From positions 86,193,052 through 86,226,006 of the forward strand of contig NC_068989.1 of assembly GCF_001194135.2 (NCBI RefSeq): DNA of 32,955 nt, read 5' to 3'. The notes beneath the pieces are model-generated. The model had not been told where the DNA came from and searched no databases. It saw only the letters and a program-made list of their open reading frames with translations. Position 1 is the stretch's first letter, and each line of letters opens with the position of its first letter. This document shows positions 31,721 to 32,955 of the stretch, one piece after another. The DNA comes from Octopus bimaculoides (lineage: Eukaryota). Both the position numbers and the translations under genes were made by a program.

Positions 31721-32229
31721 CCCATTGCCTGCCATGAGCTCCGTTTGGGGATCTGCTAAAAGCAGTCTTACTGCCGGTTGTTCATTGTATTTAAAGTGAA
31801 TTGCTTATGTATATTGCATTTAAAGAAGTGTGTTTAACAATATTTAGTAAAGTTTGTCATTTCTAGCTCTGGCTAATTCTAGAGGACATTTTTATGTCAT
31901 AAATTGCAATTTTGAACTACAAAAATACTGTTTTGAAAACTTATTTTTTTGCATTTCCCATTTATACAATTCATTGATATTTCATACACAATCGCATTTG
32001 ATTCTATAATTTCAAGAAAACTAAAATATATTTATTATTGCAATTGAATAGAAAAGGACAAATATGCATTTTTGCTCAGCGATCCCCATTTGGGACTTTT
32101 CGAAAAGTTTATCATAATTTCCAAAATAATTCACATATGAAGAAAATTTAAATACTATATATTATTTTAACCCCTAAGACATTTAGCAAAGTCAAAAAAT
32201 TTGAATAAAAAAATTTGGTAGTTAATGGA
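31721..32229. mobile_element. Candidate old piggyBac-type MITE (509 bp)
   Basis: TTAA (31717-31720) CCCATTGCCTGCCA...TGGTAGTTAATGGA TTAA (32230-32233). TIRs only 10/14 identical, AT-rich interior. Confidence 0.45.
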
Positions 32230-32686
32230 TTAAGAACAAAGAATGAAGTTTAGATGTCGATAAGGGCCTCTTCCATCAGTCAAAAGTGAACAAGCAACTG
32301 TTCATAGGATGTGCAAGTCCAGGCAAGATTATTTTGGAAAAGACTGGCAGTGCCCATACATATAAATCTCCTTCAGGTCATGCTATGCTGCCTACAAATA
32401 TCTGGAAATATCTACAAGTATTGTCAAATAGCTAACGTCAGTCGACAAATTTGCCAGATTTTTTCCGAATAGCATACATTCTTTTAAGAATGTTTGCGAT
32501 TCGGGGAGAATGCGTACTGATCGGGAGCCTTCCTCTTAACGGCTTTACAGCATGCCTCTCCCCCAACCTTCACTGATCTAAAGCCCCATTTATTGTTTCG
32601 ACTGACTTGTATTCGATCTCATATTCATTTCAGGATCATCAACCCTCCTGCTTGGTTTCATCATTCCTCTTCAGCTATAATATATT

Positions 32687-32900
32687 CTTTTATTCTTTTA
32701 CTTGTTTCAGTCATTTGACTCCGGCCATGCTGGAGTATCACCTTTAGTCGAGCAAATCAACCCCAGCACTTATTCTTTGCAAGCCTAGTACTTATTCTAT
32801 CGGTCTCATTTTTCGAACCGCTAAGCTATGGGCACGTAAACACACCAACATCGGTTGTCAAGCGATGGACGGGGGACAAACACAGACGCACATACACAGA
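32687..32900 (-). mobile_element. SINE family A, 3' half (the remainder may lie beyond the window)
   Basis: Reverse complement of 30140-30350, followed by the internal CA/TA tract up to the window edge. Confidence 0.9.
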
Positions 32901-32912
32901 TATACACACATG

Positions 32913-32955
<43 letters not shown>

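Overview
Eukaryotic, AT-rich, microsatellite-dense genomic DNA with ten N gaps. The repeat landscape (tRNA-derived SINEs with internal TA/CA microsatellites) resembles an octopod cephalopod genome; this is an inference, not a database result. The window holds one recognisable protein-coding gene on the + strand, an SH3BP5/SH3BP5L (Sab/Parcas, Rab11-GEF family) homolog. Six exons are visible from ATG 1093 to TGA 19865, with a 13.7 kb first intron. A short internal exon (family motif PYFELKA) is missing from the visible sequence and most likely lies in the N gap at 17723-18168. The rest is transposon-derived or simple repeat: at least three SINE families, RTE- and CR1/L2-type LINE scraps, pogo/Tigger MITEs (one nested in another), piggyBac-type MITEs, a fold-back palindrome, a 21-nt minisatellite, a 430-bp tandem duplication and degenerate hammerhead-like motifs. 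Nearly all long ORFs in the supplied track are microsatellite or N-gap artefacts. I found no clearly new biological system. The best leads are the hammerhead-like relics, the inverted SINEs bracketing internal exons, SINE tail shuffling and the nested pogo elements.
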